A DNA stretch of 61,058 bases, the filler included, from Hausera hauseri (Eukaryota): assembly GCA_046269625.1 (NCBI GenBank). It is 9 parts of 9 records of this genome, joined end to end, with 100 filler letters (N's around TTAATTAATTAA, not from the genome) between each part and the next. Parts side by side here need not be neighbours in the genome. Positions count along the whole stretch, not along the records: positions 22,937 to 30,821 come from JBJURY010895396.1; positions 30,922 to 37,973 come from JBJURY010041222.1; 7 more parts are not named here. One strand, given 5' to 3'. This document shows, piece after piece, positions 23,106 to 34,959 of this stretch. Each line of letters begins with the position of its first letter. Positions within the stretch are counted from its first letter, which is position 1. The position numbers and the translations under genes are program-made. The notes beneath the pieces were generated by a model that saw nothing but the letters and a program-made list of their open reading frames with translations, was not told the DNA's origin and searched no databases.

Positions 23106-26100
23106 GTTGAATCTAAAGAGTCTAAAGATTTTCCTCCTGTCAGAGAAACTCTCTCACTGTTGAACAGATAGTTCAGTCTCTACAATCTATTTCTTGGTGA
23201 AACTTTTCTGATTGAGTCCTTGGAAACTTTTTCTTCTTCCAGTCCTTTAAAGATGGAAGCTGGGATTATTCCAGGACTATTCCAGGATTATTCCAGGATG
23301 ATTCCAGGATCCTCATGTTTTCCTGTTTGTTTCCAGTCAAAGCTTCACACTGAATATCAAGATGTTGTTTCTCTTATTTTTCCTCTCATTCATCAGATTT
23401 CATTGAATGTTGATCAGTTTTTCTCAATCACTGAACATTTTCTGTTTCTGTGGCTCCTATTTTTCTAAACTCGTCAGATTTGAATATTAAATCTTCCTTT
23501 TGTTTATTTGCTGCAGTTTTTCTTCATGTGTTTTAGAGAAATAAAAACATTTTTCTTCTTCTGCATTTGGTTCATTTGCTGCTCATTCTGTTCTTTTCCT
23601 GTTCAAATTTAAATATTGTATTAAAAAGATTTTTTCATCAACTCTGCCTTTCAGAAAGTCCTATTTAAAGTAAAACATTCCCATCCCATGAAGGTCAGAG
23701 GTCAATGCTTTGAAGCATAAAGTGGTAAAATCTTAATATTTTCTGTTTCATTCAGAACTTCTACCTGAAACTCAGAACCTGCAGAACATTTTTCTCTTTG
23801 GAGAAAAAATCCAGGAAGTGGAAGATCAGAGCAGAATGAAAACTGGAGATCAGTGTTGGACAGAAAAGCTCTGATCGCTGCATCTCTGCAATATTTTACA
23901 TTTGATAACAAAAGTAAAGCTATTTTTAGCTGAGAATAAACCAACATGGATATGACCCGCCACAGCCCAACGTGGGCCACACCTGATTCAACCCAAAGCG
24001 GAAAATAAAGGATTTCATTGGAAATCCCAAAACTCAGTAAAATCAGCAGCTAGTTGTGATTAAAATGCAGTTTGTTGCAGAGGTTCAAACTTCCTGATGG
24101 TGACCTCTCCTCCGTCCCTCACCTTGTCTGGCCGCTTTTAATCCTCACTGCAGTGTTAGACTGGAGCTCATCTCTCAGATTAACCAGATTAACACTGAGC
24201 TGCAACAGGAACCAAACGTCTCTCCTCCAACTTATTTCACTGATTAATAACAAGGTTGGATAAAAACATTGAGCTGAGCTTCTCATTCCTTAAAGAGTCA
24301 TGAAGAAAGACTCACCCTGTAACTGCAGAAAACAAGTTAGAAAGTTTAAAAATAGATACATTTTGCATTTAAGATGGAACAAATATATAATCTACAACAT
24401 TGGGTCATTTAAATACAGGTTTGTCTCACCAAATTAGTTTCCAGCAGTTAATTGGGGTTTACTCATTATTCTGCCAGCTTGAATGTTTCTCTGCAGTTTG
24501 TTTTGTTCCTGTTGCCTCCAAGCTGAACGTTGATCCCCATGAATGTTTCCCCTCATGCAGAACCTGAGCAGAGACATTTATGACCTTTATACCGAGTACG
24601 AGAGCCAAGAGGTGGAGGACCGGCTGCTGGTGTCGCCGTCTCACCTTCTGATGTCTCCGACCAAACACTCCACCCTCAACATCAACATTTAAAAATGATA
24701 CAGGAATGCAGTTTTCCTACTTTCCCACTGGAAACAATCTAGTGTAAATATTAAATACAGGGAAGCATCGATATGAACATTTGGGCCAAAATATTAATTT
24801 ATTGACTGATTACGGATATTTACACTTTCAAATTTGGTCTAAAATCATCAGGAATTTGGTCCATTAAACAGTTTCAAAAGTTAATATACATGTAGGCAAC
24901 CAGCTTCTCCATATGGAATGCCTGAAATGTCGAAAATAGGACATGTGGACCAAGAATTAAACAGTTATTTGAATGCAAAGTCCATTAAATCCACTCCACA
25001 CTTAATACATTGCAGTCTTTATTTGTGAACGTGTTGCTGTTCGGTTTGAAAGCTTAAACAATCAGAAAACACAAAATGCAGTGAAGAAAGTATTAATGAT
25101 GTCAATGTTTTTTCCAGCACCTCATAGAAAAGGAAAAGTTAATCTGCTAAGAACTGATTGTGTATTAAGTGTATTAACTTCACTAAATGGTAACAATAAC
25201 CTTAATAGCAGCAACAGCAGAAATTATTTTTCATATTGTTATGCAGTGATGACCATCTTCTTGAATCACGTTTCAAACTGTTTGATGTTTGGACTTTCCT
25301 TGATTTCCATGCTTAACTCATCCCACAGCTTCACCCACATTCTGATATACAAAAGCTTTTTCTTGTGGTTCTTGATTTATTTTTTTAATATTCACATTTT
25401 CTCTTTTTAATGTTTCCTGCTAATTATTTATTTGTGGCTTTAAACAAGATACTAATGGTTTATAATGACACTATGTCAGCAAATTTTAACAATGTAGATT
25501 TTATGAATAGTGTGTTTGTATGATTTAAATAACCAGCCTTATTGATTAGACAAAACCAGCAAATAAAACATTTTATACATGAACAATAAAAGCAAAGTTT
25601 TAACAGTAAGAGAATCCCAACTATTATTAAGTTGTAGTGCTCAACTAGACCTTTGTCTACTTGTTTTGTTGATTCTTTTGTGTGATTGAGAATCATATTT
25701 AGTGCTTCACAGGCAAGAGATTCAATGAATTGACCATGTTTAGAAAGCTGCATGTTAACAGTAGTTTTCAGTGTGTTATGTGTGAGGTGCTCCCCACATC
25801 TCCCTTCTTCTGGATTCCTATGGAGGAGATGATAACCCACTCCCCCTCTGGAGTATTCAACCTACCCAAACTTACTTCTCTATAAGAGTATGATTACCTA
25901 ACCAGCAAGTTCTTTAGTACTAGATTTATAAATGTGCAGAATGTAACCCAACTCAGAAATCATATAAAATCTATTTTCCTGATCTATTGGAGAAGACTCA
26001 ATTGGATTCTTACAGCTACACCTGAATGTCCCATTCCACTTCCTTCCATGGATTAACCAGCTGGTACTGGGTCAGCTGGTTTCCAGTAACATATGAACTG

Positions 26101-29100
26101 GCTGCTCTTCTCATCTCTCAACTGCCTCAAGAAACGGATCCAGGTTTGGATTAGTGATTCCTTTAAGTCCCCAGGATTCTGTTTTAATAACTTATGGTAG
26201 ACTTATGCTAAGAAAACCTGGAAATACTTCCCATCATTTTTGCATACCATGGAATAAGATGATTTTAATGTTGTTGAATGACCTTTGAACTACAGAGACA
26301 CACTGTAAAGGTGCTTAGAGTTGTCTTGTTCAGGGAATGATTTGAACCAGTCAGTCATTAAACCATCAGGGAGAAAAATAACCTGGGATCTTTCTGAGTA
26401 TCTAGTAAACATAAGAAAACTTACAATGATAATAACATACAGTAAACTATTTCATTTCATAAAAGTCTTTCACTGATATATTGTTTCATTGTTAACTAAT
26501 AGATTAACTAATAGAGAACTAATAGATAAAGCATTTGTGTTTATATAGAAATATAGTCCTAAACTAGATGCAAAATGAGAAATGTCCTGGTAAATGAATC
26601 TGCTGAAAGCCTCTTAAACTGTGGAAAACTTTTCTGCTGAGATCCACAATATTTTATGTCCATAAAATAGAATTACATTTGTGCGTAATCACTCTGTCTG
26701 CTAAGGCTCCAGTGAACCCTAACCAGAAATTTAAAGGATTTCATGTTTGTAACTCGTGAAAAATGTACATCACATAAACTGATGTGATTGATGTAAGTCA
26801 ACACCTAATATTCCCAGCAGAACTTTAACTCTCAGAGTTTCTTTTAGGATCACATTTATTTTCAGAAGACCAGTTTTTTCTTCTAATTGTGTGAAAAAAC
26901 AGGAGCAGATTTTAATGTTCAGTCAGAAGCATTTTCAATTGTTTGGATCAGTCAGTTTTTGATGTGTGTAATCTTAACATTTGCACATTATTGTAGAAGA
27001 GAGCTGAGCTTCTCTTTCTACCTGTTTTTTTGTTTTTGTTTTTTGCTGGGAGGACATGGCGCAGAGTTTAACAGTATGAATTCATAACAAAGATGAAATT
27101 GAAAGTTCATACATTTTAGTAGAGACAGAAAAAACTTTGTTAGCATAATGCATGTTTTTCTGACTTTACTGCAATCACATATTAACAACAACAAAAGAGA
27201 CTGTCAGCTATTTTTTAAAATAACTTGTTACTTGCAAAGGAGAAAAGGTAACAGAGATGAAAGCTTGTGTCCTGTATGGCTGTAAGTAAATCCTTGACTG
27301 TAAACTAAACATGTTCTTATTTCACCGATGCAACAACTTATGTTAGATGAAGCAGAAGGAAGTTTGCTGTGTGGTCATTAACAGGTTGGACTCAGCAAAG
27401 TCCTGCCTCTGAGGTAATAAAACAAAAATCTACTGGATTAACATTTCAGCTAAACTTCCCAATCACCTTTTCATCCTAATGCAGGAAACAACTGACAGAC
27501 GTAAACTGTTGGTGATGCCATATTCACTAAAGGATTTATTTTAAAGAATGGATCACTTGTTAGTTTACAAGAAAACAATATGAAAATGATAAATGTTCCT
27601 TTTTTATTCTTGTGAATCTTTGTACTGATTTCAGTAACAAGAGAATTCAAAGTGGTAAAACATTCAGACACAACTTGAGGAAAAAAAAGTGCAGCAGCAA
27701 AATAAATGTAAGAAAGTAAATAGCCACACGTTTGAATATTTTCCATTTTTCCAATAGATTGACAATTACATGGGGTTCATGGTTTATAAAGTTATGGAGC
27801 AGAAGGAAAACAGTAAAAAACATCTGAAAAGTGTGGTGGGCTTGTGGATCTACTGATGCAGTTTTGCTTCAGAATGATTTGGAGACCAGGTCTGAGTGGA
27901 TTTGCTTCTGTGGTGATGTTTTCCTGTTGTCTTTTGGTTTTTTCAACTTTACTCCTTTCAGGGAGGTTTATTTCCTACAACACTTGATGCTAATACATAA
28001 CTGCTGCATGTTCTTGTGTTTTGAAGATGCAACCAGTAATTGAACCATAGATTGTGCTAAATGGATTTTAGGAAAGGTATTGAGAAAAATAAGGTGGAAC
28101 GAATGAATAGAATCACTTACAGCATGGGCAATGCATTTTTTATTTCATTTTATGGTTTTGCTGTGTCTGCCTCTCGGTACATAATCAGACAGGATGATAA
28201 AAATGTTCCTCATAAGTCTTGTGCAGGTGTTGGTAGTTGTAGCATAAATGTAGAGGTCAGGCATACAGCTTGTTTCAGTCAAAACATTTCAATAGTTTTC
28301 CATAAAACTAACATTAAATAACAGACTCTTATCTGCTGTTTAAGCCTGACACACATGAACAAGAAGATTTTTAAAGCTGCTTCATTTTGGCTTACAATGA
28401 AATACACAAAGCTATTCTTTAATGATGCATTTATTTTTATATGGGGTCATGTTTAACTAGAGGCCAAGCTATCAATCCTGTCACTCTTGTGCTCTTTCCT
28501 CAATTATGTGAAAAAGTTTGTTCTTTAATCGTTTGCTAGTGCTGTGGTGTTTTTCTCTTTCCTTTTTCTTGTTTCTCTAGATAGGAGAGGAGTTTGAAAT
28601 GAGAAAGAGAAAATTAAGAAAACCTTAAAAAATATAGACATGGTAAGCAATTCTAACTTAATTTAAAATGATTAACATTTACTAATATTAATAATGTTGT
28701 ACATGTTTGATGGCTTAGTAAATACTTGTTGAGTTAGGGAACAGTAGAACCAGATTTCCTTGACTTTTATTGTTTAATAAGCAACGGCTGTTGGAGACAA
28801 GCTGCTGAGTTACTGATACAAGCTGAGCGCAGCACAGAGAAACAAACAGCAAACATTTGTTCATAAGATTAAACTATTGTAATAATTATAATAGTATGCT
28901 CCTTTTATTATTATTCTAACATGTATTGATGGTTGACAGTTTACTGGTTCCACATATCCTTGACTTTTATTATTTGCAATCTCTAGCTGGGTTAAAGTGG
29001 CCGTTGCAGAGGGGCTGTTGGTTTATCTGATACAGGCTGAGCACAGCAGCTGCTGCAGCACAGAGAAACAAAAGCTCTCAAAGTTAAAAAATATACATCA

Positions 29101-29424
29101 ATTGTCTACAAAATTAAACCGTTCTCTTTTTATTTAAATTGTAACTTTTTAAAATTTACTATAAAACAAAATATTAGTTAATAAATACTGGACGATTTAG
29201 TAGATAAGGCTGCTAAATCTAAAGTTAGATTATAAATAGATCATTAAGACTAGCATTTCTTTAAATATATTACTTTAAAGTTACATCTAAAATTACTATT
29301 AAAAAAATCCTCAGATAAGATTAAAATAACTGCAGATAAAACCACTCTATTTCAATTGGCTAATTCATGAACACCTATTCTATTCATATTCATGAACCCC
29401 CTCTCCCCACCCCCTCCTCCCCCA

Positions 29425-29505
29425 ACTCACCCCTCCCCCACACCGGAAGTATGCCCCTCCCCCACACCGGATGTCACCCCTCCCCCAAACCGGAAGTCCC
29501 GCCCA
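29425..29505. repeat. Three ~23-24-bp C-rich tandem units containing CCGGAWGT
   Basis: CCCCTCCCCCA(C/A)ACCGGA(A/T)GT repeated three times. Confidence 0.7.
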
Positions 29506-29747
29506 CCTGTCAAGTTTGACGAGAAGTATGACCTATTGTTTTTTTCACAGACACTGTTTTCATTCCAGGGCCACCAGGCACAATACTAAACATTTAGTCC
29601 TTCATTTCAGTGTGCTGCTGTTTGTGGTGATAAATCATGTCTCTATCTTCTCATAGAAGCCCTGGACACTTTAATCATCCCATACTCTTGTGTGTTTAGC
29701 CATAATAATTTGGCTCTATCATGCACGTACAGCAGTGTATGTGATTT

Positions 29748-29966
29748 ATGTGTGAATGTGAGGGAACGCAGAGGAAGCTGAGGCAGAGCGCAGCCACGCT
29801 GCTGCTGCTGTTTGGCTTCCAGCTGCTTTCTGAAACTTCCGCTCAGGCAACCCAATCACCTGACAAGCAGGACGACAACGCGGCACCAGAAGAGGAGAAG
29901 GGGGGCGCTCAAGAAGACACTGCACAGAGTATACTCACCATGCTTTCAGAGTTCCTGGACAGCGAG
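29748..29966 (+). CDS. Probable first coding exon of a secreted fish protein, unidentified
   Basis: GC-rich island, signal-peptide-like AATLLLLFGFQLLSETSA, acidic segment, GAG|GTGAGG donor. Confidence 0.45.
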
Positions 29967-30416
29967 GTGAGGCTGATCACAAACCACACCTTGCCTCTTG
30001 ATGTTTAAAGACATTCAGCTTTAAATTATCTTTGTGTCAAACATCATCAGCGTTACCCCCTATATGTCACAGAGTGAGGTTTATGCAAATCTCAGCCTAA
30101 AAAATAGAAATATGTATGAACCAATTATTTGAAGAGTTCCTATGGAGTAAAGAAAGTGTCTGCTAGCAGAAGCTAAAAGAACACAGGTTTGGTCATGGGG
30201 CAATAACTGGTTTTAAACATATACCACAGTGTCAAATTTTTCTATTATTCCACCAAACAATATTACTCTTATGATTTAAATGACTAAAGAGATAACAAAG
30301 ATAGCTAAAACTTTAATGATTATTAGGAAAATGAAGAGAAAAAAAAAGTTTAATAACCTTGATGTTTTTTTCTGTTTAATAAGTGTGTATTTGAATATTC
30401 TTATTATCTTTATTAG

Positions 30417-30706
30417 GTGAGCCACTTTGCCACCTGTGCCTGCTTGTCAGATAAGCAGCAGTACCCAACTTTTTTCAGAACAATTCCCAGTGATCAGTTC
30501 CAAGCTGATGCTCTGGTCAAGTTGGTGAAACACTTTGGCTGGACTTGGATTGGTGCTGTCCACTCAGACTCAGAATATGGAAATTATGGGATGGGATCTT
30601 TTCTTGACGCAGCACAGAGAGAGGGGATTTGTGTGGAGTACTTTGAATCTTTCCTGTGGAGCGACCCACACAGTAAGATCCAGAAGTTAGCTGATGTTAT
30701 ATGCAG
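30417..30706 (+). CDS. Internal exon of an OlfC/V2R (CaSR-like class C GPCR) receptor
   Basis: VSHFATCACLSDKQQYPTFFRTIPSDQFQADALVKLVKHFGWTWIG; flanked by TAG acceptor and GT donor. Confidence 0.95.
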
Positions 30707-30821
30707 GTTTGCAGTTCACTGATTTAACCATTTCTTTGTAATAATGTGGAACCACTTGACAAAAACAAAAAGGGCTAGTTTTAACAAAAATTAATAAAAT
30801 ATATTGTATTGTGCTGAAAAA

Positions 30822-30921
30822 NNNNNNNNNNNNNNNNNNNNNNNNNNNNNNNNNNNNNNNNNNNNTTAATTAATTAANNNNNNNNNNNNNNNNNNNNNNN
30901 NNNNNNNNNNNNNNNNNNNNN
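30822..30921. other. Artificial contig linker
   Basis: Same cassette. Confidence 0.99.
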
Positions 30922-30984
30922 TTAGCGTTTCTTTCGACTCGAAATATACTGGTTAGTCGTCGCCTTGACAGATTTATGCAAATA

Positions 30985-31665
30985 TTAACATTTCCGCTCT
31001 ACGTGGAATATTTTCATCAACTGGGATCTTTCATTATTAAGTTTTGTTCCTTTTATCGGTCCAAGTTCAATTAGCTTCGAAGTGTTAAAGTCGACCGCTA
31101 TATTTGGTAGACGTCTTAATACATTGCATCCTAATACTATATTATCCGTCAAGTGTTCCATTGTAGAAAATTCATGTTGGAATGTCTGTCCCATTATCTC
31201 GATACTAACATTCCATTTGAATTTCCGTCTCGTTTCTTGTCCGAAAGCACCTATGCTTCGGGAATCGGTTGCTAGAGGTGGTCTCAACTGAGTTCGTAAA
31301 GCTTTTGGTATTGATCCGTCTTTTATAAATGATTTTTCCGATCCGGTGTCTACTAACGCATATACTTCCCAATCGTCAGTACTAATTTTGGCGAAGGGCC
31401 TTCCTTCTTTTATTGTGGGGTGTTTAACGGCGGATATCTTGTGCGCATTAATACTCATTTGTGATATACTGCTGAAGTCTTCGGCTACTTGTCTCAATTC
31501 AGTTGTGGGGTATAGTCCATTATTTATGCAGTTTTCGTCATCCTTTTCCTGTGTACTAATTAATGGTTTTCGGTTATTTGGATTACGGAAAGATTGCATT
31601 TGTGGCTTATCCCAAATTGCGGATTTAGTTTCTATACCTCGTGGGATCCTTGGGGAGTATATCAC
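30985..31665 (-). pseudogene. Retropepsin (gypsy-type aspartic protease) region
   Basis: YALVDTGSEKSFI (DTG at 31350-31342), IVLGCNVL; followed after a frameshift by IPRRAEMLI..PVYFES, resembling the gypsy PR-RT spacer. Confidence 0.88.
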
Positions 31666-32049
31666 CCTGTGGTCATCAATTGATCAATGACATAACTCCG
31701 ACCTTTCTCTAATTCCATAAATTTTCCGTAACGCACCGTATTGCTTAGTCCCTTCATAAGGGTCTTCATAACTGAAAGGTTTCCAGTAGATTTACCTACT
31801 TTAAGTATTACCTGATCTTTTATCGCAGTCCTCATATAATGGTTCCGAAGGGGGCAGCATAGGAAAAGGCGGTTTTATGGCCGAGTGCGCCTTATGTTTA
31901 CCGATTTTGGAGACCATGTCTCCTCCTTTAGGCTCGTCGGCATCCAATTTGTTTTTCCGTTATTTTGCATCCCTTTGTCCTATGAAGAATATGGGTTTTC
32001 TCTTTCTTTTTCGATTATAATAGCCGACATGTCTTTTGACATCGCTTTT

Positions 32050-33842
32050 TCATTTGCTTTCTTCATAAGCCTTCAAGAATTTTTCGAAATGCCTTATGAA
32101 TGCTGTCAAACTTTTACACAAAAATCCAGTTAAGGTAAATATTTCATAGCCGTTAATAACGGATTGAATTACTGCTTTGATTAGTTGTACCAAGAAATAG
32201 ATGGCTAGGAATCCAGATTTTGCTTGTACGAAAATTAAAAATCTTCCAATATTTTTAAAAATATTTCTTTGGTAACTCTTTGATAATGATTGTAACCAAA
32301 TTATGATTCCCATTTCACCTGATGGCGAGTATCATCTATTACTGTCGACATAGCCCTATTCAATTCATGCGTATGCTGACGAGGAAAAGCTATAAATTGT
32401 CTAAAGCCTTGATTTCCTTTGGTCTGTAAATTCCCTAACTCGCGGTATCCTCGAATTTATCATCCGTTATACCTTTTAGCAAGTTTGTTCCTGTTAATTT
32501 ACTTGGCGTGGCTGTTATTCCTCCGTTTGGCAAATTTACCCAATCTGTCTCACTTCTCCTAAACATATTCACATTCCTTCAAAACCGTCGGTTATGTTGA
32601 ATTTTCCAGTAAGACTCTTGTAAGCGGCATCACTGATCGAGGTATGTTCTTGTATAGAACTGGCGATTTTTGTATGCAGCGTTTTTCTTCTACGTTTATT
32701 GATACATCCCGTTTTTTACATTTGTATATTAACAGAACTTCTCCGGTGACCCGCCCGAAAACACGTTCTTTCATAGGAATTATGTGTGAAACTACTTCTG
32801 GGTTGGCATATATTAAAGCCAGTTTGGTCCTCGTAACTTTTGTGTTCAACTTGCAATTATTTGTGATCATTTTGTGGTATAGTTCCGCTATTCGGTTTGT
32901 CCCTTATAATAGAAGTAGTCATCTCTATTTTTCAAGTAGTCATGTATCCTCACATATTGCATTTCCAACATAAAGGTAGTTATTGCAGCTTCTGCTACAA
33001 AGAATGCTCCGTAATATGTGGCATACATAACTAACGTTACATCGAGAGAGCATTTGCTTATTGATAAACTTTAATCCATGGTCATATGAAATTAATATTG
33101 TCGGTGTGGAATGTTCCGCCACGTCATTTCTTGGCCTGATATTTGTATCTAATGTACCTACATATCTTTTTCCCCTGGTTTCATTAAAGTTTCTCTTTTA
33201 TTTTAATACAATTGCAATCGTTCGCAGGAGGCGCAGTCCAAACAATTATCGAGTTGCGGAAAGTTCAAGCACCATCTTGAATGTGACACTTCTGATTTTC
33301 AGTATACGCTTTCACAACGCTGTGAAACATTACTTTTTGATTCCTCATTTCTGTCTCATAAAAATCTACTACTATCACACCTCCTTCTTTTCCCTTTCCA
33401 ATATCGTATTCTGCTCCGTTACAGTATTCTGTGTGCACATCTAGCTTCCCAGCTGCGACCTTGCATGCATGAATTATTTTCTCTTGCTGCGCTTCTAACT
33501 CCATACCGTCCCATTTCAATCTTCTACTTTTTTTGTCTTGTTTATATTGTTGTCGGTCTAAATCCATGGGAATTAGTGGAGTCATTGGTTTTATTATATA
33601 TGAGTGTCCATGCATATTCCCACAATGAAAAATGCTTCAAGATCGGCGTAACATGCATTCTGTTCCATCCAACGCAATTAACTCACGTTGCTGATATAAA
33701 AAATATTTCATCTCGATTGTTACTAATTTGTGGAGTCTGGCATCCTCGCACATTTCTAAGTCCATTAGGGAGTATCGCAATCATATACGGTGATTGCTGT
33801 CAATTGCCTTATTAACATCATGAGCGTTAATAATTTGATCAT
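32050..33842 (-). pseudogene. Chuvirus-like (herpes gB-related, class III) fusion glycoprotein
   Basis: Signal MIKLLTLMMLIRQLTA then ITVYDC, HCGNMHGHS, YCNG, LALIYANP..GRVTGEVLLIYKC..CIQKSPVLYKN..VMPLTRVL, GIY, IAFPRQ, TM segment GFLAIYFLVQLIKAVIQSVINGY. Confidence 0.85.
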
Positions 33843-34544
33843 CCAATTCGATTCGTTATCTCGTACTGAGCTGGGCGGCATTAAATTTCTTACAACATTT
33901 TCAATTTTAGTAGACGGCCTGCTTTCACCTTTGTCGTCAAATAGTTTGGACCAATTTATTTCACTAGGAATTTTCCTGCCATCCTTCCTCGCTAAGCCAC
34001 TGGTCTTATTAAATTCATTTTTTCGCAATAGATTCGTTCTTATTGCCAAATACAATACTCCTTTCATAAGTTCTTTCTTAGTGTTCTCCGTCATAATTTT
34101 GTTGACTACAGCCTCCTCAGGTAATGTACTCTTAGTCATTTTGAATCGAGGTGTTCTCATTAGTCTCGCAGCATCATATATAGCTCTTTCCTTGTCATCT
34201 TATATGTCGCTTCTTGGTCCTATATGATTCACTATTCTTAAAAGATTCTTCACTAGCTCGATTAATTCTTCATTGTCTGAACTGATCGCTGGCATTGACA
34301 ATTGTCTCAGTTCTCGGATTATATCTGTACTTGATCAGCTTTGTCTCTTACTTTCCTTGACCTTCCAACTGGCGGCGTTGCTTCACTAAGCGGCACTAAA
34401 TTCTTATCATACTGCTCCTTATCTTTCTCATTTTGGAGGAATTCAAAGTACATGGTAGAATCTTGAATTCCCATGATGCGTCTTGCACAATGTTCATCTC
34501 TTGCTTTTCTTATAGCTTTATATTTTGTCTGTTCATTGGTAGTT

Positions 34545-34765
34545 ATTGACACTACTATGTTAGTTTATTCTGGAATAATTGCCACGTCTATTGGTAGTTC
34601 GGTTTCATCTAATATCCTACCTCGGAAATATAATCGACTATTTCCTTCATCTTTACCGCCGTTTTGTATCATCCATTGTTTTACTTCTCTTAGCGATATT
34701 GCCGTTGTACACTCAATTTCTCTCTCGTCCATCCATTTGGTTGATCCTTTTACTTTAATTATCGT
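34545..34765 (-). pseudogene. Ubiquitin-like domain within the polyprotein
   Basis: IIKVK...SLREVKQWM..GGKDEGNSRLYFRGRILDETELPIDVAIIPE*TNIVVSI follows the ubiquitin pattern VK..TIENVK..RLIFAGKQL..DYNI..TLHLV. Confidence 0.7.
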
Positions 34766-34959
34766 TACAGGTTTAACCCAGAAGATTTTAGTATACTTTC
34801 TTATTAAAAGTTTTGGCGCATCAGCATAAACAGTGTTTTCACTCGATAGTTTAGTTAATGTAGGTATTAGTCGTCTTAGCTTACTTTCAGTTACATTTAC
34901 ATTAATTTGTTCAATTAAGTCTCTTTTAGCCAGCGCAGGGTCTAGGAGCATCTCCACAC

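Noticed and set aside
23200-29400. Many 60-126 aa ORFs in fish intergenic DNA
   Set aside because: No motifs and low-complexity AT-rich translations; consistent with chance ORFs.
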